Assembly: GCA_002366645.1 (NCBI GenBank) | Contig: DFBM01000090.1 | Span: forward strand, 1 to 51,376 | Direction: 5' to 3' | Length of the DNA stretch: 51,376 bases | Source: Rhodobacterales bacterium UBA3080 | Lineage (GTDB): Bacteria; Pseudomonadota; Alphaproteobacteria; Rhodobacterales; Rhodobacteraceae | In this document: positions 41,815-51,376 of the stretch, piece by piece | Position numbering within the stretch: position 1 is the stretch's first letter | Layout: every line of letters begins with the position of its first letter | Translations under genes and position numbers: made by a program | Notes under the pieces: generated by a model | The model's input: the letters and a program-made list of their open reading frames with translations, nothing else | What the model was told of the DNA's origin: nothing | Database searches by the model: none

Positions 41815-43935
41815 ATGTTCAAAGAATTCAAAAAATCAATCGAATGGGGCGGCGAGACGCTGACCCTTGAGACAGGCAAAATTGCCCGTCAAGCAGACGC
41901 ATGTGTTATCGCCACTTTGGGCGAGACCAGCGTTCTATGTGCTGTAGTGTTCGAAAAGAAACCGAAGGTTGGCTTCGACTTCTTCCCGCTGACAGTGCAT
42001 TACCAAGAGAAATACTACGCTGCAGGTAAAATCCCGGGTGGTTTCTTCAAACGCGAAGCACGTCCTACTGAAAAAGAGACGCTGACATCGCGTCTGATCG
42101 ACCGTCCGATCCGCCCTCTGTTCGTTCCGGGTTTCAAGCACGAAACACAGGTTATCTGTACGGTTCTTTCGCACGATCTGGAAAACGATCCAGACGTAGT
42201 TGCAATGATCGCTGCTTCGGCTGCGCTGACACTTTCCGGTGCGCCATTCCGTGGCCCGATCGGTTGTGCCCGCGTTGGGTTTGTTGATGGTGAGTACACA
42301 CTGAACCCGTCTTGCGATGACATGCACAAGCTGCGGGAAAACCCTGAGCAGAAATTGGATCTGGTTGTTGCAGGTACCAAAGATGCTGTGATGATGGTTG
42401 AATCCGAAGCATACGAGCTGTCCGAAGCAGAAATGCTGGGTGCGGTTAAATTCGGCCACGATGCGATGCAGCCGGTTATCGATATGATTATCGATCTTGC
42501 CGAAGACGCCGCCAAAGACATGTTCGACTTCGTTCCAGCCGACTATTCCGAGCTTTACGGCAAGGTTGAAGCGGCCGGCGAAGAGGCCATGCGTGCAGCC
42601 TTCGCAAATACCGACAAGCAAGAACGCACAGCAGCGGTTTCCGCAGCACGTGACACCATCAAGGCAGCGCTTTCCGAAGAAGATCAGGAAGACAGCCAGC
42701 TTGGTAACTGCTTCAAGAAACTGGAAAGCGCCGTTGTTCGTGGTGACGTTATCAAAACCGGTAAACGGATTGATGGCCGTGACCTGACAACGGTTCGCCC
42801 AATCGTTTCCGAAGTAGGCATCCTGCCACGCACACACGGGTCTTCGTTGTTCACACGCGGCGAAACACAGGGCTTGGTTGTTACCACGCTTGGTACTGGC
42901 GATGACGAGCAGATGATCGACGCGTTGACAGGCACATACCGCTCCAACTTCTTGCTGCATTATAACTTCCCTCCGTATTCGGTTGGTGAAGCTGGCCGCA
43001 TGATGGGCCCTGGCCGTCGTGAAGTTGGCCACGGTAAACTGGCATGGCGTGCGCTTCAGGCTGTTTTACCTGCTGCAACCGACTTCCCGTATACTGTACG
43101 CGTTGTTTCCGAGATCACTGAATCCAACGGTTCGTCTTCGATGGCGTCTGTTTGTGGTGGCTCGCTGTCGATGATGGATGCGGGCGTTCCGCTGAAATCG
43201 GCTGTTGCCGGTGTTGCGATGGGCTTGATCCTAGAGGGTGAAGACTACGCAGTTCTGACGGACATCCTTGGCGACGAGGATCACCTCGGCGATATGGACT
43301 TCAAAGTTGCGGGTACCGAAAGCGGTATCACGTCGCTTCAGATGGACATCAAGGTTGCCGGTATCACCGCCGACATCATGGAAAAAGCGCTGGATCAGGC
43401 CAAAGATGGGCGTATGCACATCCTTGCTGAAATGAACAAAGCTTTGACTGGTGCTGGTGATTTCTCGATCCACGCGCCACGTATCGAAACCATGAACGTT
43501 CCTGCGGACAAAATCCGTGAAGTGATTGGTTCGGGCGGCAAGGTTATCCGTGAAATCGTTGAAGTTTCCGGTGCCAAAGTCGATATCAACGACGATGGTG
43601 TCATCAAGATCGCGTCCGCCAACGGCGAAAGCATCGAAAAAGCCATGGCGATGATCAACGAGATCGTTGCGGTTCCAGAGGTTGGCAAGATCTACACCGG
43701 TAAAGTTGTGAAACTGATGGACTTCGGTGCATTCGTTAACTTCTTCGGCAAGCGTGACGGCCTTGTGCACGTCAGCCAGCTTTCGAACGAGCGTGTTAAC
43801 CACCCGAAAGACATTCTGACTGAAGGTCAGGAAGTTAAGGTTAAGTTGATGGGCTTCGATGATCGCGGCAAAGTTCGCCTTTCGATGAAAGTTGTCGATC
43901 AGGAAACTGGCGAAGAGATCAAAAACGAAGGCTAA
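41815..43935 (+). CDS. pnp: polyribonucleotide nucleotidyltransferase (PNPase)
   Basis: [47 protein letters not shown], plus KH and S1 domains. Confidence 0.98.
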   Translation: MFKEFKKSIEWGGETLTLETGKIARQADACVIATLGETSVLCAVVFEKKPKVGFDFFPLTVHYQEKYYAAGKIPGGFFKREARPTEKETLTSRLIDRPIRPLFVPGFKHETQVICTVLSHDLENDPDVVAMIAASAALTLSGAPFRGPIGCARVGFVDGEYTLNPSCDDMHKLRENPEQKLDLVVAGTKDAVMMVESEAYELSEAEMLGAVKFGHDAMQPVIDMIIDLAEDAAKDMFDFVPADYSELYGKVEAAGEEAMRAAFANTDKQERTAAVSAARDTIKAALSEEDQEDSQLGNCFKKLESAVVRGDVIKTGKRIDGRDLTTVRPIVSEVGILPRTHGSSLFTRGETQGLVVTTLGTGDDEQMIDALTGTYRSNFLLHYNFPPYSVGEAGRMMGPGRREVGHGKLAWRALQAVLPAATDFPYTVRVVSEITESNGSSSMASVCGGSLSMMDAGVPLKSAVAGVAMGLILEGEDYAVLTDILGDEDHLGDMDFKVAGTESGITSLQMDIKVAGITADIMEKALDQAKDGRMHILAEMNKALTGAGDFSIHAPRIETMNVPADKIREVIGSGGKVIREIVEVSGAKVDINDDGVIKIASANGESIEKAMAMINEIVAVPEVGKIYTGKVVKLMDFGAFVNFFGKRDGLVHVSQLSNERVNHPKDILTEGQEVKVKLMGFDDRGKVRLSMKVVDQETGEEIKNEG

Positions 43936-43959
43936 TCCCGACGTTTGTGAACAAAAGAA

Positions 43960-43988
43960 AGCCCCGGTCGAAAGGCCGGGGCTGTTTT
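43960..43988. terminator. intrinsic terminator between convergent pnp and cbbR
   Basis: AGCCCCGGTC-GAAA-GGCCGGGGCT, with an A tract upstream and a T tract downstream. Confidence 0.85.
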
Positions 43989-44913
43989 ATTTGGGCAGTT
44001 TGGGCAGAAACTCACCGTTTAACTGAACCAGAAAATCCTGCACTTTGTCAGTTACGGGTGAGGATGCGGCATTGATCGGGCGCACCAGATGCCACTGTCG
44101 CATAATTGGAAGTCCGGGCATATCTATGGTCGCAACACGGCCACTTTCCAACGCGTCCACCACCGTATGGGCCGAGATCAGGGCAATCCCCAAGTCGGCA
44201 ATCACCGCCTGCTTAATCGTTTCATTAGTGTTAAACTCGATTTTGTCATAGATGCGGCCTTCACCGACTCGGTCCAGAAACCGCTCCATAAGGATTCGCG
44301 TCCCTGATCCGGCCTCTCGCATGATGAATGTTTCGGCTAAAAGACGTTCGGGCGAAATGTCGCGGGTGCCAATGAGCGGGTGATCCGGTGCAGCAATAAG
44401 GATGTGGGGATGCTCGCCAAGCGCCATTTCCTCAACGGCTGGATAACGCGGTGGGCGGCCCATAATTGCCAGATCAACAGACCGGCTTTCCAGTGTTTTC
44501 ACGATGTGTTGGCGGTTACCGATAATCAGATTTAGGCGGATATCAGGAAGTTGCTTTTTCGCGAGAGCAACCAGAGACGGCGCAAAATATTTACCCGTAC
44601 TCACGACGCCGAGTGTCACAACCCCAGCCTTGCCGGCGTTGATTGAGTCGATTGATTTATAACAGTTTTCCAAGGCGGACTCGATTTGCGCGATCGTCGC
44701 CAAAACCTGCTGACCCTGACGTGTGATTGACCCCTTGCCATCACTGGCACGCACAAGGAGTTCGGCACCTATGTTCGCCTCGAGTTGCTTTAGCTGCGTT
44801 GATACCGCTGGGACCGTCAGGTGCAGCATATCTGCCGCCGCCGTAATCGATCCACGGGAGTCTACTGCAGCCAGTGCGCGGAGTTGTTTCAGAGTAATTG
44901 CATTCTTTGCCAT
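43987..44913 (-). CDS. cbbR: LysR-type Calvin-cycle regulator CbbR
   Basis: LysR HTH; VVSTGKYFAP, DLAIMGRPP, RE.GSGTR, NETIKQAV.A.LG; divergent from cbbF. Confidence 0.92.
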   Translation of the reverse strand: MAKNAITLKQLRALAAVDSRGSITAAADMLHLTVPAVSTQLKQLEANIGAELLVRASDGKGSITRQGQQVLATIAQIESALENCYKSIDSINAGKAGVVTLGVVSTGKYFAPSLVALAKKQLPDIRLNLIIGNRQHIVKTLESRSVDLAIMGRPPRYPAVEEMALGEHPHILIAAPDHPLIGTRDISPERLLAETFIMREAGSGTRILMERFLDRVGEGRIYDKIEFNTNETIKQAVIADLGIALISAHTVVDALESGRVATIDMPGLPIMRQWHLVRPINAASSPVTDKVQDFLVQLNGEFLPKLPK

Positions 44914-44989
44914 AAATATAATTTAACACGAAGAAGAAAAAATTCAATTTCCTTTTTGATCTTCGACACCGAATATTCAAATAACCTAA
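44913..44989. promoter_or_regulatory. CbbR/LysR binding boxes (TNA-N7-TNA)
   Basis: TAA-atataat-TTA at 44913-44925 overlapping the cbbR start; TCA-aataacc-TAA at 44977-44989; weaker boxes near 44934-44956. Confidence 0.6.
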
Positions 44990-45009
44990 TATGACCGGAG
45001 AACCGATTA

Positions 45010-46017
45010 ATGGCCGAGCATACGCTTATTGAAAACACAGCGGATATCCCTGCCGAACTCGTGCCTGTTATGCGCGCGCTCGCCGACGTATCCGAAAAGC
45101 TGGCACAGACGATCGCTGATGGTCCTCTGGCGGGCGATCTTGCAGCCGCGGTTGGAACCAACCTGGGCGGTGACGGCCAAAAGGCGCTCGATCTGATTGC
45201 GGACGATGCTTACATGGTTGCGTTAAAAGATACGCAGATCCGTTGGTACGCATCCGAAGAACAAGACGAAGCAGTCGAACTGAACCCGAAAGGCAATCTC
45301 GCTTTGGCGATTGACCCGCTGGACGGTTCCTCGAACATCGACGTGAACGTTTCCATCGGCATGATCTTTTCGATCTTCCCTGCGGTGGAAGATGCGAACG
45401 AAAGCTTTCTGCGTCCATCGCGCGAACAGATTGCCGGTGGGTACTTTATTTTCGGCCCACAGTGTGGGCTGGTCGTAACCTTTGGCGACGGCACGATGCA
45501 ATTCACTTTGGATAGTCGCACCCGCGAATTCATGCTGGTTGAGCGGCGCGTACAAATTCCGGTCGAATCTTCCGAGTATGCGATCAACGCTTCCAACTAC
45601 CGTCACTGGCCGCGCCCGATCCGCGCATTCATTGATGACTGCGTTGATGGCACCGAAGGCCCACGCGGTCGCGATTTCAACATGCGCTGGGTGGCTTCTC
45701 TTGTGGCCGAAACGCATCGGATTTTGTCGCGCGGTGGATTGTTTCTTTACCCGGGTGACGATCGCGAAGGCTATGCCCGCGGGCGCCTGCGGATGATTTA
45801 CGAATGTGCGCCGATTGCCTTCCTGATCGAGCAGGCCGGTGGAAAAGCAACCGACTCCGTTGACCCGATCCTTGATCAACAAGCCTTCGAACTCCACGGT
45901 AGAACGCCGTTCGTCTTCGGGTCGGCCAATAAAGTCGACAAAGTTACAACCTATAACGACCTTCCAGAAAACGAGACGTCTGCCCTGTTTGGCAAACGTG
46001 GTCTCTTCCGCGGATAA
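45010..46017 (+). CDS. cbbF: class 1 fructose-1,6/sedoheptulose-1,7-bisphosphatase
   Basis: [35 protein letters not shown]. Confidence 0.93.
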   Translation: MAEHTLIENTADIPAELVPVMRALADVSEKLAQTIADGPLAGDLAAAVGTNLGGDGQKALDLIADDAYMVALKDTQIRWYASEEQDEAVELNPKGNLALAIDPLDGSSNIDVNVSIGMIFSIFPAVEDANESFLRPSREQIAGGYFIFGPQCGLVVTFGDGTMQFTLDSRTREFMLVERRVQIPVESSEYAINASNYRHWPRPIRAFIDDCVDGTEGPRGRDFNMRWVASLVAETHRILSRGGLFLYPGDDREGYARGRLRMIYECAPIAFLIEQAGGKATDSVDPILDQQAFELHGRTPFVFGSANKVDKVTTYNDLPENETSALFGKRGLFRG

Positions 46018-46031
46018 AAGGACATTTTGAC

Positions 46032-46904
46032 ATGAGCAACAAGCACCCAATCATCTCCGTAACCGGTTCTTCCGGCGCCGGTACGTCGACCGTCAAAAAT
46101 ACCTTTGACCAGATTTTCCGTCGCGAAGGCATCAAGGCCGTTTCGATCGAAGGCGACGCTTTCCACAAATACAACCGTGCCGATATGAAGGCCGAGTTGG
46201 AGAAACGCCTCGCGGCGGGTGACCACTCGTTCAGCCATTTCAGCCTAGACGCAAACGAACTGGGCGAACTGGAAAGCGTATTCCGCGAGTATGGCGAAAC
46301 CGGCGGCGGTAAGTCGCGCTACTATGTGCACAGCGATGCGGAAGCAGCCGAAATGGGGACGCCTTCGGGGGAATTTACCGATTGGGCACCTTTCGAAAAC
46401 GGTTCTGATCTGTTGTTTTATGAAGGTTTGCACGGGGCGGTTAATTCCGACGGCGTTAACGTTGCACAACATGCCGACCTGAAGGTTGGTGTTGTACCGG
46501 TTATCAATCTGGAATGGATTCAGAAAATCCATCGTGACACCGAGGTTCGCGGGTATTCAACCGAAGCCGTGACCGACGTAATTTTGCGCCGTATGGATGC
46601 TTATGTAAAATGCATCACACCGCAGTTCAGCCAAACCAACATCAACTTCCAGCGCGTTCCTGTTGTGGACACCTCGAACCCGTTCATTTCGCGTTCGATT
46701 CCAACACTGGATGAAAGCCTTGTGGTTATCCGTTTTGCTAATCCACGTGGAATCGACTTCCCGTATCTGACTAACATGATCGAAGGGTCGTGGATGAGCC
46801 GGGCGAACTCGATTGTGGTGCCGGGTGGCAAGATGGACTTGGCGATGCAGTTGATCCTGACGCCTTTGATCTTGCGATTGGCGGACAATTCACGTCGCGC
46901 CTAA
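46032..46904 (+). CDS. cbbP: phosphoribulokinase (proteobacterial type)
   Basis: HPIISVTGSSGAGTS, EGDAFH, YEGLHG, NLEWIQKIHRD, NFQRVP.VDTSNPF. Confidence 0.95.
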   Translation: MSNKHPIISVTGSSGAGTSTVKNTFDQIFRREGIKAVSIEGDAFHKYNRADMKAELEKRLAAGDHSFSHFSLDANELGELESVFREYGETGGGKSRYYVHSDAEAAEMGTPSGEFTDWAPFENGSDLLFYEGLHGAVNSDGVNVAQHADLKVGVVPVINLEWIQKIHRDTEVRGYSTEAVTDVILRRMDAYVKCITPQFSQTNINFQRVPVVDTSNPFISRSIPTLDESLVVIRFANPRGIDFPYLTNMIEGSWMSRANSIVVPGGKMDLAMQLILTPLILRLADNSRRA

Positions 46905-46927
46905 CGGCATTCTGGGAGGGATAGACA

Positions 46928-48907
46928 ATGACGAACACTACTGAAACAAATATGGCCAACGCGCTTCGTGCGCTTGCAATGGACGCTGTGCAGGCTGCGA
47001 ATTCGGGTCACCCGGGTATGCCAATGGGCATGGCCGATGTTGCCGCGGTTCTTTTTAACCGATTCATGAACATTGACCCCTCGGCCCCGAAATGGGCTGA
47101 TCGCGACCGCTTTGTGTTGTCTGCGGGCCACGGTTCTATGTTGTTGTATGGCATTAACCACCTGCTTGGTTATGCGGACATGGACATGGACCAGATCCGC
47201 AACTTCCGTCAGATGGGCTACCGCACGGCCGGTCACCCTGAGTACGGCCACGCCGATGGTATCGAAACCACAACTGGCCCACTGGGTCAGGGTATTTCCA
47301 CTGCGGTTGGTATGGCTCTGGCCGAGCGTATGCAGAACACCCGTTACGGGGATGATTTGGTCGATCACTGGACGTATGTGATCGCTGGCGATGGATGCCT
47401 GATGGAAGGCATCAGCCACGAAGCAATCGATATGGCCGGACATATGGGCTTGGGTCGCATGGTTGTGATGTGGGACGATAACTCGATCACGATTGACGGT
47501 AGCACGGATATGTCCACCTCGACCGACCAGCAGGCGCGTTTTGCTGCGAGTGGGTGGCAGGTTCTTTCGGTAGATGGTCACGACAAGGAAGCCATCGCGG
47601 CGGCCCTGACGGAAGCGCGTTCGGACGAGACTCGCCCGTCGTTGATTGCCTGTAAAACTATCATCGGTTTCGGGGCACCAAACAAGCAGGGCACTTCGGC
47701 GACGCACGGCGCGCCACTGGGCCCTGACGAAATTGCAGCTGCACGCAAATTCCTGAACTGGCCACATGCGCCGTTTGTTATTCCGGAAGATGTTTATGAT
47801 GCTTGGCACGCCGTGGCAGCTCGCGGTAAAGCGGTGCGCTCTGCATGGGAAGGCCGGGCAAAACAAAGCCCCGCGTCCGGCGAATTTTTCGCGGCGCTAG
47901 GTGGGACTTCGCGGGGCGGCTTGAAGGCAGCGATTGCGGCTTACAAGAAAGAGCTATCGGCAGACAAACCAAAGGTCGCGACACGTAAGGCCTCGCAAAT
48001 GGCGTTGGAAATCGTGAACGCATCGGTGCCTAACATGGTTGGCGGTTCGGCTGACCTAACGGGATCGAACCTGACGAAAACTTCCGGAATGTCGGCGGTT
48101 TCCAAGGGCAACTACGGCGGCGATTATATCTTCTACGGTGTGCGCGAACACGGCATGGCAGCGGCGATGAACGGTCTATACCTCCACGGCGGCTTCATCC
48201 CTTACGGCGGTACATTCCTAGCGTTTGCGGATTACTGCCGTGGGTCGATCCGGTTGTCTGCCCTGATGGGTGTTCCAGTGACCTACGTCATGACGCACGA
48301 TTCCATCGGGTTGGGTGAAGATGGCCCAACGCACCAACCAGTCGAGCAGGTCGCGAGCCTACGCGCTATGCCTAACGTTAACGTCTTCCGTCCAGCGGAC
48401 GCTGTCGAAACGGCAGAAGCTTGGGAGCTTGCCGTTATGGAAAATGGCATTCCTTCGGTGATGGCACTTTCGCGTCAAGGTTTGCCAACTTTGCGTACTG
48501 AGCACACGGACGAAAATAAAACTGCAAAAGGGGCCTATATTCTGCGGGATAGTGATGGAGATCGGGACGTTACCCTGATAGCTACGGGCTCAGAGGTCGA
48601 GATTGCGATGAATGCCGCGGATATGCTGGCGGAAACTGGCATCAAAGCGGTGGTCGTTTCGGCCCCTTGTTTTGAGCTGTTTGCGCAGCAGGACGCAGGT
48701 TATCGCGCTTCTGTTTTGGGCAGCGCGCCGCGCGTTGGAGTGGAAGCCCTAATCAAACAGGGCTGGGGCGAGCTGCTGGGCGACAATAGTGCCTTTGTCG
48801 GCATGACCGGCTTTGGTGCTTCTGCCCCTGCCGAAGAGCTTTATGAAAAATTCGGAATAACCGCCAAGGCGACGGCACAGGCTGCTCGCGATCTGTTGGC
48901 TAACTAA
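46928..48907 (+). CDS. cbbT: transketolase
   Basis: [37 protein letters not shown]. Confidence 0.96.
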   Translation: MTNTTETNMANALRALAMDAVQAANSGHPGMPMGMADVAAVLFNRFMNIDPSAPKWADRDRFVLSAGHGSMLLYGINHLLGYADMDMDQIRNFRQMGYRTAGHPEYGHADGIETTTGPLGQGISTAVGMALAERMQNTRYGDDLVDHWTYVIAGDGCLMEGISHEAIDMAGHMGLGRMVVMWDDNSITIDGSTDMSTSTDQQARFAASGWQVLSVDGHDKEAIAAALTEARSDETRPSLIACKTIIGFGAPNKQGTSATHGAPLGPDEIAAARKFLNWPHAPFVIPEDVYDAWHAVAARGKAVRSAWEGRAKQSPASGEFFAALGGTSRGGLKAAIAAYKKELSADKPKVATRKASQMALEIVNASVPNMVGGSADLTGSNLTKTSGMSAVSKGNYGGDYIFYGVREHGMAAAMNGLYLHGGFIPYGGTFLAFADYCRGSIRLSALMGVPVTYVMTHDSIGLGEDGPTHQPVEQVASLRAMPNVNVFRPADAVETAEAWELAVMENGIPSVMALSRQGLPTLRTEHTDENKTAKGAYILRDSDGDRDVTLIATGSEVEIAMNAADMLAETGIKAVVVSAPCFELFAQQDAGYRASVLGSAPRVGVEALIKQGWGELLGDNSAFVGMTGFGASAPAEELYEKFGITAKATAQAARDLLAN

Positions 48908-48923
48908 AAGGAAGTATAGAAAC

Positions 48924-49925
48924 ATGGCTATCAAAGTAGGTATTAACGGATTTGGCCGCATCGGCCGCAACGTTCTTCGCGCAATCATCGAGTCCGGCCG
49001 TACAGACATCGAAGTTGTTGCGATCAACGATCTTGGCCCAGTGGAAATGAACGCACACCTGTTGCAGTTCGACTCGGTTCATGGGCGCTTTCCACAGAAG
49101 GTTACAGTCGACGGCGATACAATCGACGTGGGCCGTGGCCCGATCAAAGTTACAGCAGAACGTGACCCAAAGAACCTACCTTGGGGCGATGTTGATATCG
49201 CGCTGGAATGTACTGGCTTCTTTACAAAACGCGAAGCCGCTGCGACACATTTGGAAAATGGTTCGAAACGCGTGCTGATCTCCGCACCGGGTGCGGGCGC
49301 TGATCAGACTATCGTTTATGGTGTGAACCACGATGTTCTGACATCTGATGATGTTGTTGTTTCGAACGCGTCTTGCACAACAAACTGCCTGTCGCCTGTT
49401 GTTAAAACATTGAACGATGCAATCGGCATTGACCACGGCTTCATGACAACTATCCACTCCTACACAGGCGATCAGCCTACACTGGATGCGATGCACTCTG
49501 ATTTCTACCGTGCGCGTGCGGCTGCGCTTTCGATGATCCCGACTTCGACTGGTGCTGCGAAAGCCGTTGGTCTGGTTCTGCCGGAAATGAATGGCAAAAT
49601 GGACGGTGTTTCGATCCGCGTTCCAACACCGAACGTTTCGGTTGTTGATCTGGTGTTCACGGCAAAGCGTGCAACAACTGTTGAAGAAATCAATGACGCA
49701 ATTCGCGCATCCGCTGATGGCGCGATGAATGGCGTTCTTGGATATACCGATCTTCCAAATGTTTCGATCGACTTTAACCACGATCCGCATTCTTCGATCT
49801 TCCACATGGATCAGACCAAAGTTATGGAAGGCACGACGTGTCGCATCCTGACTTGGTACGACAACGAGTGGGGCTTCTCTAACCGTATGGCTGACACAGC
49901 CGTCGCAATGGGTGCTCTGCTGTGA
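48924..49925 (+). CDS. gap: glyceraldehyde-3-phosphate dehydrogenase, type I
   Basis: [31 protein letters not shown]. Confidence 0.97.
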   Translation: MAIKVGINGFGRIGRNVLRAIIESGRTDIEVVAINDLGPVEMNAHLLQFDSVHGRFPQKVTVDGDTIDVGRGPIKVTAERDPKNLPWGDVDIALECTGFFTKREAAATHLENGSKRVLISAPGAGADQTIVYGVNHDVLTSDDVVVSNASCTTNCLSPVVKTLNDAIGIDHGFMTTIHSYTGDQPTLDAMHSDFYRARAAALSMIPTSTGAAKAVGLVLPEMNGKMDGVSIRVPTPNVSVVDLVFTAKRATTVEEINDAIRASADGAMNGVLGYTDLPNVSIDFNHDPHSSIFHMDQTKVMEGTTCRILTWYDNEWGFSNRMADTAVAMGALL

Positions 49926-51136
49926 GTGATTTGAACATCATTTCTGCTGAAGGTGTGGCCGGACAACGACTTGTTGTTCGCGCCGACCTGAACGCACCGG
50001 TTCAGGACGGCAGGGTTTCTGACGGCACCCGCATCGAGCGGTTCGCGGCGGGTATCAAGCCACTTCTGGATGCTGGTGCGCGCATCACGGTTCTTTCCCA
50101 TTTCGGCCGTCCCAAGGGCGAGCGGAACATGGATTACACCATCGCGCCTATCGTTCCGGCGCTGGCCGAGGCTCTCGGGCAGTCGGTTAGCTTTGCGGAT
50201 GATTGTAAAGGTGCGGCGGCTGTTTTGGCCTCCGAAAATCTGGCAAACGGCGAGATCATGCTTTGCGAAAACGTGCGGTTTTATCCGGGCGAAGAAGCCA
50301 ATGATGCTAGTTTTGCGGCTGAATTGGCCAAGCTTGGCGATGTGTATGTGAATGACGCCTTCTCGGCAGCGCACCGTGCGCATGCTTCGACGGCGGCCAT
50401 CACAACGTTGCTTCCAGCCTATGCAGGGCCCTTGATGGCCGAGGAAATTGCGGCGCTTACCGCAGCATTGGAAGACCCGAAACGTCCGGCAGTTGCCGTT
50501 GTTGGTGGCGCTAAAGTTTCATCCAAGATCGCGGTATTGAAAAACCTTGTTGGTAAAGTTGATGCGGTTGTCGTTGGCGGTGGTATGGCGAATACGTTCA
50601 TGCTGGCCGATGGAAATCCAATCGGTAAATCGTTGAGTGAGCCGGATCAGGTTCCAACTGTGCATGAAATTCGCGAACTGGCTGCCAAGGCTGGTTGCAA
50701 GATCATTCTGCCTGTTGACGTGGTTTGCGCCTATGATTTCGCGCCAAATGCCAAGAACATCACCACCGATCTGGATGGTTGTCCGGACGATGCGATGATT
50801 TTGGATGCTGGCCCTAAGTCGGTTGAAATGATTTCCGAAGAATTCGCTAATGCCAAAACGATCCTCTGGAATGGTCCGATGGGCGCGTTCGAGATGGAGC
50901 CGTTTGACATGGCGACTGTCGCGCTAGCCAAAAAGGCCGCCGAACTAACTAAGGCTGGAACACTGGCATCCATTGCAGGCGGTGGAGATACCGTTGCTGC
51001 GTTGAATGTTGCCGGTGCCGCTGATGATTTCACATATGTCTCCACCGCTGGTGGTGCTTTTCTTGAATGGCTGGAGGGCAAAGAACTGCCCGCTATCGCA
51101 GCCCTACGCCGCGCAGCGGCAAAAACTAAAGGATAA
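49922..51136 (+). CDS. pgk: phosphoglycerate kinase
   Basis: [47 protein letters not shown]; GTG start overlaps the gap stop. Confidence 0.97.
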   Translation: MSDLNIISAEGVAGQRLVVRADLNAPVQDGRVSDGTRIERFAAGIKPLLDAGARITVLSHFGRPKGERNMDYTIAPIVPALAEALGQSVSFADDCKGAAAVLASENLANGEIMLCENVRFYPGEEANDASFAAELAKLGDVYVNDAFSAAHRAHASTAAITTLLPAYAGPLMAEEIAALTAALEDPKRPAVAVVGGAKVSSKIAVLKNLVGKVDAVVVGGGMANTFMLADGNPIGKSLSEPDQVPTVHEIRELAAKAGCKIILPVDVVCAYDFAPNAKNITTDLDGCPDDAMILDAGPKSVEMISEEFANAKTILWNGPMGAFEMEPFDMATVALAKKAAELTKAGTLASIAGGGDTVAALNVAGAADDFTYVSTAGGAFLEWLEGKELPAIAALRRAAAKTKG

Positions 51137-51142
51137 TATCAA

Positions 51143-51376
51143 ATGGCCCTTATTACCCTTCGCCAATTGCTGGATCACGCAGCCGAGAATGACTACGGCA
51201 TGCCTGCGTTCAACATCAACAACATGGAACAAGGCATCGCCATCATGAAGGCGGCACAAAAGGTTAACGCTCCGGTTATCATGCAGGCATCCCGCGGTGC
51301 GCGCTCCTACGCCGGTGACATCATGTTGCAGCACATTATTCAGGCGCTTTCCGAAATGTATCCGGATATTCCTGTG
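51143..51376 (+). CDS. cbbA: class II fructose-bisphosphate aldolase, 5' part (truncated by window edge)
   Basis: [30 protein letters not shown]...[11 protein letters not shown]; open to the end of the window. Confidence 0.92.
   Translation, partial: MALITLRQLLDHAAENDYGMPAFNINNMEQGIAIMKAAQKVNAPVIMQASRGARSYAGDIMLQHIIQALSEMYPDIPV

Noticed and set aside
41935-43803. Long minus-strand ORFs opposite pnp (365 and 190 aa)
   Set aside because: Antisense shadows expected from biased codon usage in a highly expressed gene.
45223-47866. Minus-strand ORFs of 275 and 321 aa opposite cbbF and cbbT
   Set aside because: Antisense shadows with no protein-family signal.

Overview
Chromosomal window from an alphaproteobacterium whose proteins look Rhodobacterales-like (inference). 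It spans the replication origin: smr-tim44-fxsA-secB-dnaQ-coaE-aroE-maf-PDRP <oriC> hemE-hemJ-rho-mnmE-mnmG-rsmG-parA-parB, with three parS sites. Further core genes follow (hemW-rdgB-rph, hrcA-grpE, comF-grxC, ubiG-pip, fadH, dapB, rbfA-truB, rpsO-pnp), then the start of a Calvin-cycle cluster (cbbR / cbbF-P-T-G-K-A; no RuBisCO inside the window). Most of the window is ordinary housekeeping DNA. The unusual parts are: (i) a CymR-like Rrf2 regulator ending in a CysK-docking-type Ile tail, directly upstream of cysK; (ii) a tandem-domain sulfotransferase inserted between rbfA and truB; (iii) a ~1 kb stretch between DUF1643 and rpsO with no credible gene in the ORF track. That stretch holds a LssY-C pseudogene fragment, a diverged second copy of the DUF1643 3' end (likely integration scar), stacked palindromes with paired GANTC sites, and an unlisted 36-aa highly basic micro-ORF with a very strong Shine-Dalgarno. 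No rRNA, tRNA, CRISPR array, transposase or integrase was recognised. All family calls come from motif recognition by eye, not database searches.
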